The notes under the pieces are model-generated. The model had not been told where the DNA came from, did not search any database, and was given only the letters and a program-made list of their open reading frames with translations. A stretch of DNA of 64,000 bases from Anaeromyxobacteraceae bacterium (GTDB lineage Bacteria > Myxococcota > Myxococcia > Myxococcales > Anaeromyxobacteraceae): NCBI GenBank assembly GCA_047602405.1, contig JASGHJ010000001.1:1792001-1856000 (forward strand), read 5' to 3'. The translations under genes were made by a program, and so were the position numbers. Below are positions 28,000-37,886 of the stretch, piece by piece (the first letter of the stretch is position 1; every line of letters begins with the position of its first letter).

Positions 28000-28860
28000 G
28001 TGAACCGGCGACAGGTGAAGGCGAAGGACGTGCGGCGGGAGCTCCACCCGGGGACCTCGACCGGGCTCCTGAAGGAGCTGCACCTCCTCACGCGCACCGG
28101 CGACCTCAACGCCGACGCGCTCCGGAAGCTGAAGCAGGTGAACCACCTCGCGAACCTGCTCGCGCCCGCCATCGACGACGTGCTCGGCCGGTTCGGCGAG
28201 CCGATCATCGTCGACTGCGGCGCGGGCAAGAGCGCGCTCGGCTTCATCCTGTACGAGCTGTTCCTCGCGAACTCCGGGAAGGGAAAGCTCGTCGCCGTCG
28301 AGTCCCGCCCCGACCTCGCCCGCGGCGGCGCCGAGCGGGCGAAGAAGCTCGGCTTCGACCGGCTCGAGTACCTGGAGTCCCCGATCGCGGACGCCCCGGT
28401 GCCGGCGCGCGTGCACCTCGTGACCGCGCTCCACGCCTGCGACACCGCCACCGACGACGCGCTCGCGCTCGCGGTGCGCCACGGCGCCGACCACGTCGCG
28501 GTCGTGCCCTGCTGCCAGGCGGAGGTGGCCCGCCAGCTCGCCGACGCTGCGTCTCCGGCGCCCACGGTGGCCCCGCTCTTCGAGCACCCCTGGCACCGGC
28601 GCGAGTTCGGCTCGCACCTCACGAACGTGCTCCGCGCGCTCGCGCTCGAGGCCGCCGGCTACAAGGTGACCGTCACCGAGCTCGCCGGCTGGGAGCACTC
28701 CCTCAAGAACGAGCTCATCCTCGGGAAGAAGGTCCGGGCGTCGAACCCGGCGGCGAGGGCGAAGCTCGACGCGCTGCTGGAGGCGACCGGGGTGAAGCCT
28801 TCGGTGCTGAAGGTGTTCGAGCGCCCGCCCGAGCCGCCCGCCGGGGCAGCGGGCGGCTAG
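28000..28860 (+). CDS. SAM-dependent methyltransferase (Methyltransf_32-like)
   Basis: IVDCGAGKSALGF, ALHACDTATDDA, VPCCQAE, WEHSLKNELI; GTG 28000 chosen because ATG 27973 overlaps the divergent gene. Confidence 0.85.
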   Translation: MNRRQVKAKDVRRELHPGTSTGLLKELHLLTRTGDLNADALRKLKQVNHLANLLAPAIDDVLGRFGEPIIVDCGAGKSALGFILYELFLANSGKGKLVAVESRPDLARGGAERAKKLGFDRLEYLESPIADAPVPARVHLVTALHACDTATDDALALAVRHGADHVAVVPCCQAEVARQLADAASPAPTVAPLFEHPWHRREFGSHLTNVLRALALEAAGYKVTVTELAGWEHSLKNELILGKKVRASNPAARAKLDALLEATGVKPSVLKVFERPPEPPAGAAGG

Positions 28861-29015
28861 CGGCAGGGCCATGACCGGGGAAACCTCGTGCGCCTCGGGG
28901 ATCGAAGGCCAGCGCCTCCGCGGCGACCGCCCCATGAGTTACACCACTGGTGGAAGGGCTCACCCCGAAGCGTGGCCCCGAAATCCGTGAGTCGCGACGG
29001 CGCAGCGCGTGCGAA

Positions 29016-29603
29016 TCAATTCAGGAAGGCGAGGAGCGCAAGCCCGCGGTCGGCGGCCTCGCGGACGAAGGCGCGCGACCGGGTGAAGGCGTCGAGGAGG
29101 TACTCCCAGTTGGCCTCGGCCTCCTCGTCGCGCGTCCAGATGACGTCCGGGTAGATCTCCGCCGCGGCCAGGTCGGCCGGGACGTAGCGCGCCCGCAGTG
29201 CCATCTCCTCCGTGCCGTCGAGGAAGTCGGCGATCGCGCGGACCTCCGCCGGCGCGAACGCCCGCGCTGGTCCGTAGCCCACGTCCTCCTCGCCGAGCGG
29301 CGTCCCCCCGCTCACGAGAAAGTTGGCCGGGAACTCCCCCTCCCATGCGGTGCCGGTGAGGAGGTAGTGGAGCCCGTGCCAGGCCTTGTCGAGGTCGAGG
29401 TCGTCCGGCTCGCCCAGCACGGCGGGGGCCGGCGCCGGCGGGCGGGCCCTCGCGCCCAGGAGTCGCGCGAAGAGCCCTGGAGCCGCGGGCTCGGCGCCTG
29501 CCCGGACGTCGCCGTAGAGGAAGGCCGGCGTCTTCGAGGGGTCGGCCCGCAAGACCGAGAGCTGGGCCTCCGTGACGCGCGCCAGGTGGCCGATCATGCT
29601 CAT
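29016..29603 (-). CDS. YfbM / DUF1877 family protein
   Basis: MSMIG start, LDLDKAWHGLHYLLTG, GYGPAR, EIYPDVIW. Confidence 0.85.
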   Translation of the reverse strand: MSMIGHLARVTEAQLSVLRADPSKTPAFLYGDVRAGAEPAAPGLFARLLGARARPPAPAPAVLGEPDDLDLDKAWHGLHYLLTGTAWEGEFPANFLVSGGTPLGEEDVGYGPARAFAPAEVRAIADFLDGTEEMALRARYVPADLAAAEIYPDVIWTRDEEAEANWEYLLDAFTRSRAFVREAADRGLALLAFLN

Positions 29604-29639
29604 GGTGATTGCACCCGCGGGGTCAGAAGAGCGGGCCCG

Positions 29640-31487
29640 CTACTTCAACAGCGCCCGCGACACGCCCGTCGTGATCGGCTCGAGGTAGGTGATGAGGAGC
29701 ACGCCGATCGACATGATGATCAGGAACGGGAACGCCTTCTTGTAGATCCAGGGCAGCGGCTTCCCGAACCGGGACGCCGACAGGAAGAGGTTCAGCCCCA
29801 TCGGCGGGAACAGGAACCCGAGCTCCAGGTTCGCGAGGAACACGACGCCGAGGTGCACCGGGTCGATCCCGTACGCCTCGCCGAGCGGCGCGACGAGCGG
29901 CGCGAGCACCACGATGGCCGAGTAGATCTCGAGCACGCTCCCGAGCACCAGCAGCACCACGTTGAGCACGAGCAGGAAGAGCGCCGGGCTGTGCACGTGC
30001 GCCTGCATCCACTCGACGAGCCGGACCGGCACCTCGGCGTCCACGAACCAGCTCGTCACGCCGAGTGCGCAGCCGAGCAGGATGAGCACCGAGCCCACCA
30101 GCGTCGCCGCGTGCACGAGCACGCGGGGGAGATCGCGCAAGGGGTGGATTGACCGGAAGATCGCGCACTCGACCACGATGGAGTACGCGGCGGCGAGCGC
30201 GGCGGCCTCCACGATGGTGGCGTACCCGGTGACGATCGCGACCATCACGAGGGTCGGCAGGCCGAGGTCCCACTTCGCCGCCCAGATCGCCCGCGCCGCC
30301 TCCTTGCCGTCGAACGCCTCGCGCGGCGCGTGGTGCTTGCGGCCCACCCAGATGCCGTAGGCGGCGACGAGCAGGATCATGAGGAGGCCCGGCACGAGCC
30401 CGCCCACGAAGAGGTGGTCGATCGGCGTCTGCGAGACGACGCCGTAGAGGATGACCGGCAAGGACGGCGGGAAGAGGAGCCCGAGCGAGCCCGCCGCGGT
30501 GACGAGGCCGACCGAGAAGTCCTCGGGGTACTTCTCGCGGAGGAGCGACGGCAGGAGCACGCCGCCGAGCGCGAGGATGGTGACGCCGGAGGCGCCGGTG
30601 AACGCGGTGAAGAGCGCGCACACGAAGGTCGCCATGATGGCGACGCCGCCCGGGAGCCAGCCGAAGATGCCCTTGTAGGCGCGGACGAGCCGCTCGGAGG
30701 CCTTGCCCTCGGCGAGCACGTAGCCCGCGACCGTGAGGAGCGGGATTGCGGGGAGGGTCGCGGAGGAGACGAGGTTGAAGGTCGCGACCGGCACCGCGGC
30801 GATCGCCTCGGGGCCGCCCTCGCGCAGGAAGAGCGCCATCGCGGTCGCGGCCATCGCGATGAACACCGGCGCGCCGAGGAGGAACGCCGCGAGCACCACC
30901 AAGAGGAGCACCGTGACGAGCCCGGGGGTGGGGTTCACCTTCCCGAGCAGGAACGACGCCGCGGTGAGGGCGAGCGCGACGGTGCGCCAGATCGCCGCCC
31001 GGTCGCCGTCGCCGGCTCGCCACGCGAAGCGCAGCGCCATGAAGCCGAAGCCCACCGGCATGACCAGCTGGCTCCAGGCGACCCGGATGCCGAAGGCGAC
31101 CTCGCCGAAGCCGTTCCACTCGGAGCGGACGAGCTTCCAGGAGGCGTAGGCGAGGAGCGCGCTCGTCGCGGCCGAGAGCGTGAGCCCGAAGGCGCGCGCC
31201 AGGCGGCGCGGGGGTCCCGCGGGGACGAGGTCGAGCGTGGAGAGCGCGAGGTGGTGGTTCGTGACGCTCGCGAGCAGCGCGCCGAGGAAGCCCACCCAGA
31301 GCGTGATGTGCTGCGCGAGCTGGGCCGCGCCGGGCAGCTCGCGGCCGATGAAGCGGCGCGAGAGGGTGGAGGCGGCCGGGAGGGCCACCATCGCCACGAG
31401 GAAGAAGGCCAGGAGGGCGCGCTCGAGGCGGGTGCCCTGATCGGACGGCTCGGCGGCGGAGGTGGGAGACGGTGTTGGGGAGGTCAC
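29640..31487 (-). CDS. TRAP transporter fused small+large permease (DctQ-DctM)
   Basis: N-terminal 4-TM DctQ-like part, then AIPLLT, FTAFTGASGVTI, GSLGLLFPPS, GIDPVHLG, PPMGLNLF. Confidence 0.9.
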   Translation of the reverse strand: MTSPTPSPTSAAEPSDQGTRLERALLAFFLVAMVALPAASTLSRRFIGRELPGAAQLAQHITLWVGFLGALLASVTNHHLALSTLDLVPAGPPRRLARAFGLTLSAATSALLAYASWKLVRSEWNGFGEVAFGIRVAWSQLVMPVGFGFMALRFAWRAGDGDRAAIWRTVALALTAASFLLGKVNPTPGLVTVLLLVVLAAFLLGAPVFIAMAATAMALFLREGGPEAIAAVPVATFNLVSSATLPAIPLLTVAGYVLAEGKASERLVRAYKGIFGWLPGGVAIMATFVCALFTAFTGASGVTILALGGVLLPSLLREKYPEDFSVGLVTAAGSLGLLFPPSLPVILYGVVSQTPIDHLFVGGLVPGLLMILLVAAYGIWVGRKHHAPREAFDGKEAARAIWAAKWDLGLPTLVMVAIVTGYATIVEAAALAAAYSIVVECAIFRSIHPLRDLPRVLVHAATLVGSVLILLGCALGVTSWFVDAEVPVRLVEWMQAHVHSPALFLLVLNVVLLVLGSVLEIYSAIVVLAPLVAPLGEAYGIDPVHLGVVFLANLELGFLFPPMGLNLFLSASRFGKPLPWIYKKAFPFLIIMSIGVLLITYLEPITTGVSRALLK

Positions 31488-31568
31488 GAGAAAGGAGGTT
31501 GACCCCTCCTGAAGGGGCCTCTATCCATTCGTAACACGAAGCGCCCCCCCGCGCGCTTTCCCGCTCCC

Positions 31569-32483
31569 ATGCGCCCCGTACCGATTGTTCACCTCACGCT
31601 GGCCGTGCTCGCCCTCGCCGCCACCGCCTGCAGCGGCCCGGCCACCTCCATCGTCGCCTCGGCCGTCTCGGAGTCGAGCGAGGCCTACGCGCGGGAGGAC
31701 GACGTCGAGCTCGTCCGCCTCGCGGTCCCCTTCGGCCTCAAGACCATGGAGGGGCTCCTCGAGAAGCAGCCGCGTCACAAGAAGCTCCTCACGGCACTGA
31801 CGGCGAACTTCACCCAGTACACCTACGGCTTCGTCCAGGAGGTCGCGGACGAGGAGGACTGGGCCGGCCGCTACGACGTGGCGCGCACGCAGCGCGAGCG
31901 GGCGAAGAAGCTGCTGCTGCGCGCGCGCGACTACGGCCTGCGCGGGCTCGACGAGGCCCAGGACGACCTCGGCAAGCACCTGCGCGAGGGGAAGGACGTC
32001 AAGAAGGCGCTCGCCGAGGCGGAGAAGGACGACGTGCCGCTCCTCTACTGGACGGCCACCGCCTGGCTCCTCGCCATCTCCGACGGCAAGTCGGACATGG
32101 CCCTCGTCGCCGAGCTGCCCGTCCCGCTCGCGATGATGGAGCGGGCGCTCGCGCTCGACGAGACGTGGGGAGACGGCTCGCTCCACGAGTTCTACGTGAC
32201 CTGGGACGGCACCCGCTCGGTCGCCGAGGGCGGCGGGCCCCAGCGCGCCAAGCAGCACCTCGACCGGGCGCTGGCCCTCTCGATGAACAAGAAGCTGGGC
32301 CCGCTCGTCTCATGGGCGGAGGGTGCCCTCGTGATGATGCAGGACCGCCCGGAGTTCGAGCGGGTGCTGAAGCAGGTGCTCGAGGCCGATCCCGGCGCCG
32401 AGCCCCGCTTCCGCCTCGCCAACGTGTTCGCGCAGCGGCGGGCGAAGGCCCTGCTCGCCCGCGCGGACGACCTCTTCCTCTAG
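31569..32483 (+). CDS. TRAP transporter T-component (TatT) lipoprotein
   Basis: Lipobox ATAC; EDDVELVRLAVPFGLKTMEGLL, ARDYGLRGL, DVPLLYWTA; adjacent to DctP. Confidence 0.8.
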   Translation: MRPVPIVHLTLAVLALAATACSGPATSIVASAVSESSEAYAREDDVELVRLAVPFGLKTMEGLLEKQPRHKKLLTALTANFTQYTYGFVQEVADEEDWAGRYDVARTQRERAKKLLLRARDYGLRGLDEAQDDLGKHLREGKDVKKALAEAEKDDVPLLYWTATAWLLAISDGKSDMALVAELPVPLAMMERALALDETWGDGSLHEFYVTWDGTRSVAEGGGPQRAKQHLDRALALSMNKKLGPLVSWAEGALVMMQDRPEFERVLKQVLEADPGAEPRFRLANVFAQRRAKALLARADDLFL

Positions 32484-32517
32484 CCTTCGGTCGTACCTTT
32501 CCGAGATGGAGAACCCC

Positions 32518-33501
32518 GTGAAGAAGCTCGCCGTCGTCGTCGCCCTCGCCGCGCTCGCCTCGACCGCCCGGGCCCAGCAGCCCGTCATCGTCAAGCTCGG
32601 GACGCTCGCGCCCCAGGGCTCCACCTGGCACGAGCTCCTCAAGGAGATGGGCCAGCGCTGGGAGCAGGTGTCGAACGGCCAGGTGAAGATGAAGATCTAC
32701 GCCGGCGGCGCCCAGGGCTCCGAGGGCGACATGGTCCGCAAGATTGGCATCAACCAGCTCCAGGCGGCGGCCATCTCGAACGTCGGCATGCACGACGTCA
32801 TCCCGGAGCCGACCACCTTCTCGACGCCGTTCCTCTTCGACGACGAGCAGCAGCTCGACTGCGCCTTCGACAAGGTGCGCCCGGCCGTGGAGGCCTCGCT
32901 CGAGAAGCGCGGGCTCGTCGCGCTGCAGTGGAGCCGCATCGGCGGCATCCACATGTTCTGCACGAAGGCGTTCCGGACGCCGGCCGAGATGAAGGGCGCG
33001 AAGATGTGGGCGTGGGAGGGCGACCCGAAGAGCGTCGAGGCCTACCGCGCCGCCGGCTTCACCCCGGTCGTGCTCTCGTCGTCCGACATCTACGCGTCGC
33101 TCCAGACCGGCATGATCGAGTGCGTGCCGAACGTGCCGCTCTACGTGCTCACCGCCCGGCTCTTCGAGAAGGCGAACCACATGAGCGTCGTGCCCTGGGG
33201 CTTCGTCGTCGGCGCGACGGTCGTCCGAAAGGACACCTGGGAGAAGATCCCGGCGGACCTCAGGCCGAAGCTGCTCGCCATCGCGAAGGAGCTCGGCAGC
33301 CGGGTCGACGCCGAGGTGAAGAAGCTCAACGCCGACGCGGTCACGGCGATGCAGAAGCAGGGCCTCCAGCTCGTCCCCGGCGACGTCGCCACCTGGCGCA
33401 CCTCCGCGGAGCGCGCGCAGGCCGTCGTCCGCGGTGGCTCGGTGCCGGCCGCCTTCTACGACGAGGTGAAGGCGGCGCGGGACACCTGCGGGAAGAAGTG
33501 A
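32518..33501 (+). CDS. dctP: TRAP substrate-binding protein DctP (TatP-type)
   Basis: GTG with GGAG SD; KLGTLAPQGSTW, IYAGGAQGSEGDMVRK, SLQTGMI. Confidence 0.88.
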   Translation: MKKLAVVVALAALASTARAQQPVIVKLGTLAPQGSTWHELLKEMGQRWEQVSNGQVKMKIYAGGAQGSEGDMVRKIGINQLQAAAISNVGMHDVIPEPTTFSTPFLFDDEQQLDCAFDKVRPAVEASLEKRGLVALQWSRIGGIHMFCTKAFRTPAEMKGAKMWAWEGDPKSVEAYRAAGFTPVVLSSSDIYASLQTGMIECVPNVPLYVLTARLFEKANHMSVVPWGFVVGATVVRKDTWEKIPADLRPKLLAIAKELGSRVDAEVKKLNADAVTAMQKQGLQLVPGDVATWRTSAERAQAVVRGGSVPAAFYDEVKAARDTCGKK

Positions 33502-33510
33502 CCGCACGGT

Positions 33511-33538
33511 CGCATCCGGGGCTGTAACGGCGCACGAA
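33511..33538 (+). promoter_or_regulatory. ECF-type promoter GCATCC-N17-CGAA of msrPQ
   Basis: CGCATCCGGGgctgtaacggcgcaCGAA. Confidence 0.6.
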
Positions 33539-33594
33539 CCTCCGAGACGTTATCTACGTCGCCCCCGGCTCCCCGGGGGCAGGAGGCGTCCCCC

Positions 33595-34539
33595 GTGGCC
33601 CGCTGGCGTCCCGACGAGAAGGAAGCGAACGTCACCCCCGAGCGGCTCTGGCTGACCCGCCGCGAGCTGCTCGCGACCGGCGCCGCCGGCGCGCTCGGCC
33701 TCGCGCTGCCCCGCGCGGCGGGGGCCGAGGCGCAGCCGACGGGCCAGGCGCTCCAGGTGGCGCGCACGCTCGACCGCTCCGGCGGCGAGGCGAAGAACAC
33801 CTGGGATCAGATCACCACCTACAACAACTTCTACGAGCTCGGCACCGACAAGGCCGACCCGTCGCGGAACGCCGGCACGCTGCGCGCGCGGCCGTGGACG
33901 ATCGCGGTCGAGGGCGAGGTGAAGAAGCCGCAGACCGTCGGCATCGACGACCTCTTGAAGTGGTTCCCGCTCGAGGAGCGCATCTACCGCATGCGCTGCG
34001 TGGAGGCGTGGTCGATGGTGATCCCGTGGGCCGGGATCCCGCTCGGCGACGTCGTGAAGCGGCTCGAGCCGACCTCGAAGGCGAAGTACGTGGTCTTCGA
34101 GACGCTCCTCGACCCGTCGCAGCTCCCCAACCAGCGCAGCCACGTCATGCCGTGGCCGTACGTGGAGGGGCTCCGCATCGACGAGGCGACGCACCCGCTC
34201 GCGATCCTCGCGGTCGGCCTCTACGGCCGCGTGCTGCCCGGGCAGAACGGCGCGCCGGTGCGGCTCGTCGTGCCGTGGAAGTACGGCTTCAAGGGCGCGA
34301 AGTCGATCGTGAAGATCCGCTTCCAGGAGACCCAGCCGCGCACCGCCTGGAACGAGCTGCAGCCCTCCGAGTACGGCTTCTACGCGAACGTGAACCCCGA
34401 GGTGGACCACCCGCGCTGGACCCAGGCGAAGGAACGGCGCATCGGCGAGTTCTTCCGCCGCCCGACGCTCAAGTTCAACGGCTACGGGGACGAGGTCGCC
34501 TCGCTCTACGCCGGCCTCGACCTCCGCCGGAACTTCTGA
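33595..34539 (+). CDS. msrP: Protein-methionine-sulfoxide reductase catalytic subunit
   Basis: Tat signal [48 protein letters not shown]. Confidence 0.95.
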   Translation: MARWRPDEKEANVTPERLWLTRRELLATGAAGALGLALPRAAGAEAQPTGQALQVARTLDRSGGEAKNTWDQITTYNNFYELGTDKADPSRNAGTLRARPWTIAVEGEVKKPQTVGIDDLLKWFPLEERIYRMRCVEAWSMVIPWAGIPLGDVVKRLEPTSKAKYVVFETLLDPSQLPNQRSHVMPWPYVEGLRIDEATHPLAILAVGLYGRVLPGQNGAPVRLVVPWKYGFKGAKSIVKIRFQETQPRTAWNELQPSEYGFYANVNPEVDHPRWTQAKERRIGEFFRRPTLKFNGYGDEVASLYAGLDLRRNF

Positions 34540-35213
34540 TGACCACGCCGGCCGTCCGCCGCCTGCAGTGGTGGGGCGCCTTCGCCCTCGCCGCGGCGCC
34601 CCTCGCGAAGCTCGGCGTGGACCTCGCGACGAACCACCTCGGCGCGAACCCCATCGAGGCGATCCTCAACCGGCTCGGGTTCTGGACGCTCACGTTGCTC
34701 GTCGCCTCGCTCGCGGCGACGCCGGTGAACGCGCTCCTCGGCGTCTCCTGGCCGCTGCGCGCGCGCCGGATGATCGGCCTGTGGGCCTTCGCGTACGCGA
34801 CCCTGCACCTCCTCTTCTACGTGGCGATCGACCAGGGGCTCGACGTGGGCCTCCTCGCCGCCGACGTCGCGAAGCGGAAGTTCATGACCGTCGGCTTCGC
34901 GGCGTGGCTCCTCCTCGTGCCGCTCGCGGTGACCTCGACCGACGGCTGGGTCCGGCGGCTCGGCTTCCGCGCGTGGAAGCGCCTCCACCGGCTCGTCTAC
35001 GCGGCGGCCGTGCTCGGGGTGGTGCACTTCGTGTGGCGGGTGAAGGCCGACCTGCGCCTGCCGCTCACGTTCGGGGCCGTGCTCGCCGTCCTGCTCGCCG
35101 CGCGCTTCGTGCCCGAGGGCGCCGGGCTCAGGCGGCGACGCGCTCCAGCGTCTCGACCAGCCGGTCCAGCCCGAACGGCTTCTCCAGCAGGGCCTCCGCC
35201 TGGAGGTCCGTGA
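34539..35213 (+). CDS. msrQ: MsrQ heme membrane subunit
   Basis: LGANPIE, RRMIGLWAFAYATLH, LAVTS, WKRLHRLVY. Confidence 0.92.
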   Translation: MTTPAVRRLQWWGAFALAAAPLAKLGVDLATNHLGANPIEAILNRLGFWTLTLLVASLAATPVNALLGVSWPLRARRMIGLWAFAYATLHLLFYVAIDQGLDVGLLAADVAKRKFMTVGFAAWLLLVPLAVTSTDGWVRRLGFRAWKRLHRLVYAAAVLGVVHFVWRVKADLRLPLTFGAVLAVLLAARFVPEGAGLRRRRAPASRPAGPARTASPAGPPPGGP

Positions 35214-35508
35214 TCTTCGCGCCCGGGGGGATGGACGCCGAGAGCACCACCACCGGGATCCCGCAGAGGGTGGGGTCGCCGCGCTGCACGCCCCGGAAGG
35301 TCCAGCCATCCATGACGGGCATCATGAGGTCGAGGAGGATGGCGCTCGGCCGCCGGCCCGCCCGCAGGTGCTCCAGGGCCTCCAGCCCGTTCGAGGCCTC
35401 GTCGACGAGGTAGCCGAGCTCGCCCAGCGCCTCGCACATCGCCGCGCGGACATCCGGATCGTCTTCGACGACGAGCAGGCGGGCAGGAGGTCTCACGCGC
35501 CCCAGCAT
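35128..35508 (-). CDS. Single-domain response regulator
   Basis: LLVVEDD, ILLDLMMPVMDG, LEKPF. Confidence 0.85.
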   Translation of the reverse strand: MLGRVRPPARLLVVEDDPDVRAAMCEALGELGYLVDEASNGLEALEHLRAGRRPSAILLDLMMPVMDGWTFRGVQRGDPTLCGIPVVVLSASIPPGAKITDLQAEALLEKPFGLDRLVETLERVAA

Positions 35509-35729
35509 GGCGACGGGGGGAGCCCTGCGGGAGTGCCCGCGAGCGGACGCCCCCAAGAGAGCCGCCGCGCGCCCGCTTGACGTACGGTGATCGTGTGACG
35601 GGCCCCCAGCCGGGCCCGATCGTTGACTCGCCGCGGTCCGCGCGCGATACCCGCTCCATCCTCATGAACGACGGAGAAGCACCTCCCACATCGTCCTCGG
35701 CCGTCTACGGGCGGGCGAAACCCCCCGCG

Positions 35730-36597
35730 GTGGCGCTCCCTCAGAAGGGCACCGTCATCGGGCTCCGCTGGAGCGGGCTCGAGGGGGCCGGTAACCGAGA
35801 TCCTCGCGGCGAAGCTCGAGCTCGAGGCCGAGCGCGCCCGCCTGGTGCGCATCTGGCGCCCCTTCTCCGACGCCCCCGGCCGTCGCGACCTCGTCGGGCG
35901 CTTCGCGCCCTGGCTCGCGGAGGAGGCGCGCTGGGCCGAGGGGCGCATCGTGATCGGCGTCGACTTCGCGCTCTCCCTCGCCGAGACGCACCTGCGTCAG
36001 CTCGGGCTCCTGCGCCAGGCGCTGCGCGGCCCGGCGGTGCTCGGCAAGCACCTGCAGGAGCGGTACGTCGGCGACACCGGCGACTACAGCGAGGCCGCCG
36101 CGCGGATGCGCGACGAGCTCGGCAAGGATCGCCCCCGGGTGACCGACCAGTACCGCGCCGAGCTGCACCCGCCGATGTCCGCGCGCAGCTACCGGGCCAC
36201 GTTCTTCGGGCTCGCCGTGATGGCCGGCGTGGACGCGAGCTTCCCGCCGTGGGATCCGCCGCAGCCGGGCCGGCCCATCGTCGTGGAGGTGCGCCCGGGC
36301 CACGTCGCCCGCGTGCTCTGCGGCGTGGGCAGCTACCGCGACGACGACCGCGACGGCGTCTCCCGGGCCTCCACCCGCGCGGGCGTGCTGCGCACGCTCC
36401 GCGCCGCGGCGCACGTCGAGTTCGAGATGGAGCAGGCCGCGCAGATCGTCGAGGACGAGCACGGCGACCACCTCGACGCGGTGCTCGCCGCCGCCGGCGC
36501 CGCCGCGGCGTGGGAGGACGGCTTCCAGGGCGTCCCCGCGAACGTGCCGCGGCCGGAGGGGTGGATCCACTCGATCCGGGAGGAGCCCTGGCGGTGA
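35730..36597 (+). pseudogene. DUF429-like (RNase H-like) protein with apparent 1-bp insertion near 35796
   Basis: MALPQKGTVIGLRWSGLEGAGN continues as EILAAKLELEAERARLVRIW only after a +1 shift; IGVDF, VVEVRP, DHLDAVLAA motifs. Confidence 0.65.
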
Positions 36598-37289
36598 GCG
36601 GCGGGGCCCCGCGGAAGAAGCTTTCGAAGCCGTCGAGCAACAAGGCCGCGACCGTCGCGGCGCTCGAGGCCGTGCAGGCGGAGATCCGGGCCTACCGGCC
36701 GCGCGGCTTCGGGCCGCCGGTGCACGGGCCCGCGGTGCCGAGCCGCATCCTCCTCGTCGGCCAGGCCCCCGGCCCGCACGAGGCGAAGCTGGGCCGCCCC
36801 TTCGCCTGGACCGCCGGCAAGACGCTCTTCGCCTGGCTCGAGCGCGCGACCGGCGCGCCCGAGGCCGTGGTCCGCGAGCGGGTCTACATCGCGGCGGTCG
36901 TGCGCTGCTTCCCGGGCAAGGTGAACGGGGGCGGCGACCGCGTGCCGACGCCCGCCGAGTGCGCCCGCTGGCGCGGCTTCCTCGAGCGCGAGGTCGAGAT
37001 CCTCCGGCCGCGCCTCGTGCTCGCCGTGGGCCGGCTCGCGATCGGCGAGGTGCTCGGCGCGGACGTCGCGGGCCGCCCGCTCGCCGAGGTCGTCGGGCGC
37101 AGCTTCCGGCTCCGCTACCACGGCGTGGAGTCGGACGTGATCCCGCTCCCGCACCCGTCGGGCGCCTCCACGTGGTTCAAGGTCGAGCCCGGCCGGTCGC
37201 TGCTCGAGCAGGCGCTCGGCCTCGTCGCGGCCCACCCGGAGGTCGTGAAGGCGCTCGGGCAATCGGGGCCCCGGCTGGCCGCCCGCTGA
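36594..37289 (+). CDS. Uracil-DNA glycosylase superfamily protein
   Basis: GTGA overlap; [33 protein letters not shown]. Confidence 0.85.
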   Translation: MSGGAPRKKLSKPSSNKAATVAALEAVQAEIRAYRPRGFGPPVHGPAVPSRILLVGQAPGPHEAKLGRPFAWTAGKTLFAWLERATGAPEAVVRERVYIAAVVRCFPGKVNGGGDRVPTPAECARWRGFLEREVEILRPRLVLAVGRLAIGEVLGADVAGRPLAEVVGRSFRLRYHGVESDVIPLPHPSGASTWFKVEPGRSLLEQALGLVAAHPEVVKALGQSGPRLAAR

Positions 37290-37320
37290 CGGCGCACGGC
37301 GCGGTACGCATGATGGCCGC

Positions 37321-37815
37321 GTGAGGCCCTCCCTGCGCCCGCTCGCCGTCCTGGCGCTCGCCCTCCTCGCCGCCTGCGCGCACCCGGCGGTGCGGGGCCC
37401 CGCCCCGGAGGAGCGGCCGGGTCGCGCCGGCCGGGAGGAGCCCGTCGAGGCACGACCGGAGGCGCCTGCCGCCCCGCCGCCCGCCGCCTCGCCGCCGTCC
37501 TCCCCCCGCGCGCAGGAGGGGCTCGCGAGCTTCTACGCCCGCTCGCTGCATGGCCGGCGCACCGCGAGCGGAGCACGCTACGACGAGCACGCCCTCACCT
37601 GCGCGCACCGCACGCTCCCGTTCGGCACCCGCGTGCGGGTCACCGCGCTCGAGGACGGGCGGAGCGTGGTCGTGACCGTGAACGACCGGGGGCCCTTCGT
37701 GAAGGGCCGGGTGGTGGACCTCTCCCGCGCAGCCGCGCGGCGGCTCGGCATGCTGGGCGCGGGCGTGGCGCGGGTGCGGGTGGAGATCGTCGCGGAGGCG
37801 ACCGCGGAGCGCTGA
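37321..37815 (+). CDS. rlpA: RlpA-family lytic transglycosylase lipoprotein (DPBB)
   Basis: Lipobox [38 protein letters not shown]. Confidence 0.9.
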   Translation: MRPSLRPLAVLALALLAACAHPAVRGPAPEERPGRAGREEPVEARPEAPAAPPPAASPPSSPRAQEGLASFYARSLHGRRTASGARYDEHALTCAHRTLPFGTRVRVTALEDGRSVVVTVNDRGPFVKGRVVDLSRAAARRLGMLGAGVARVRVEIVAEATAER

Positions 37816-37818
37816 AGG

Positions 37819-37886
37819 CCGCTCATCCTGAGCCCTTCGACTCCGCCGCTTCGCGGCTACGCTCAGGGTGAACGGAGTCGAAGGAC
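37819..37886. repeat. Nested REP-like repeat (copy C) supplying the kinase C-terminus and stop codon
   Basis: Plus-orientation left end CCGCTCATCCTGAG, then a full minus copy CCCTTCGACTCCGCCGCTTCGCGGCTACGCTCAGGGTGAACGG, then plus right end GGAGTCGAAGGAC. Confidence 0.8.

Noticed and set aside
31493..31510. AGGAGG/CCTCCT hairpin as SD-sequestering switch for dctQM
   Set aside because: SD would be 17 nt from the GTG and no alternative structure is evident
35577..37289. 570-aa ORF apparently fusing an N-terminal region to UDG
   Set aside because: The middle is the off-frame reading of the DUF429-like gene; UDG has its own coupled GTG at 36594
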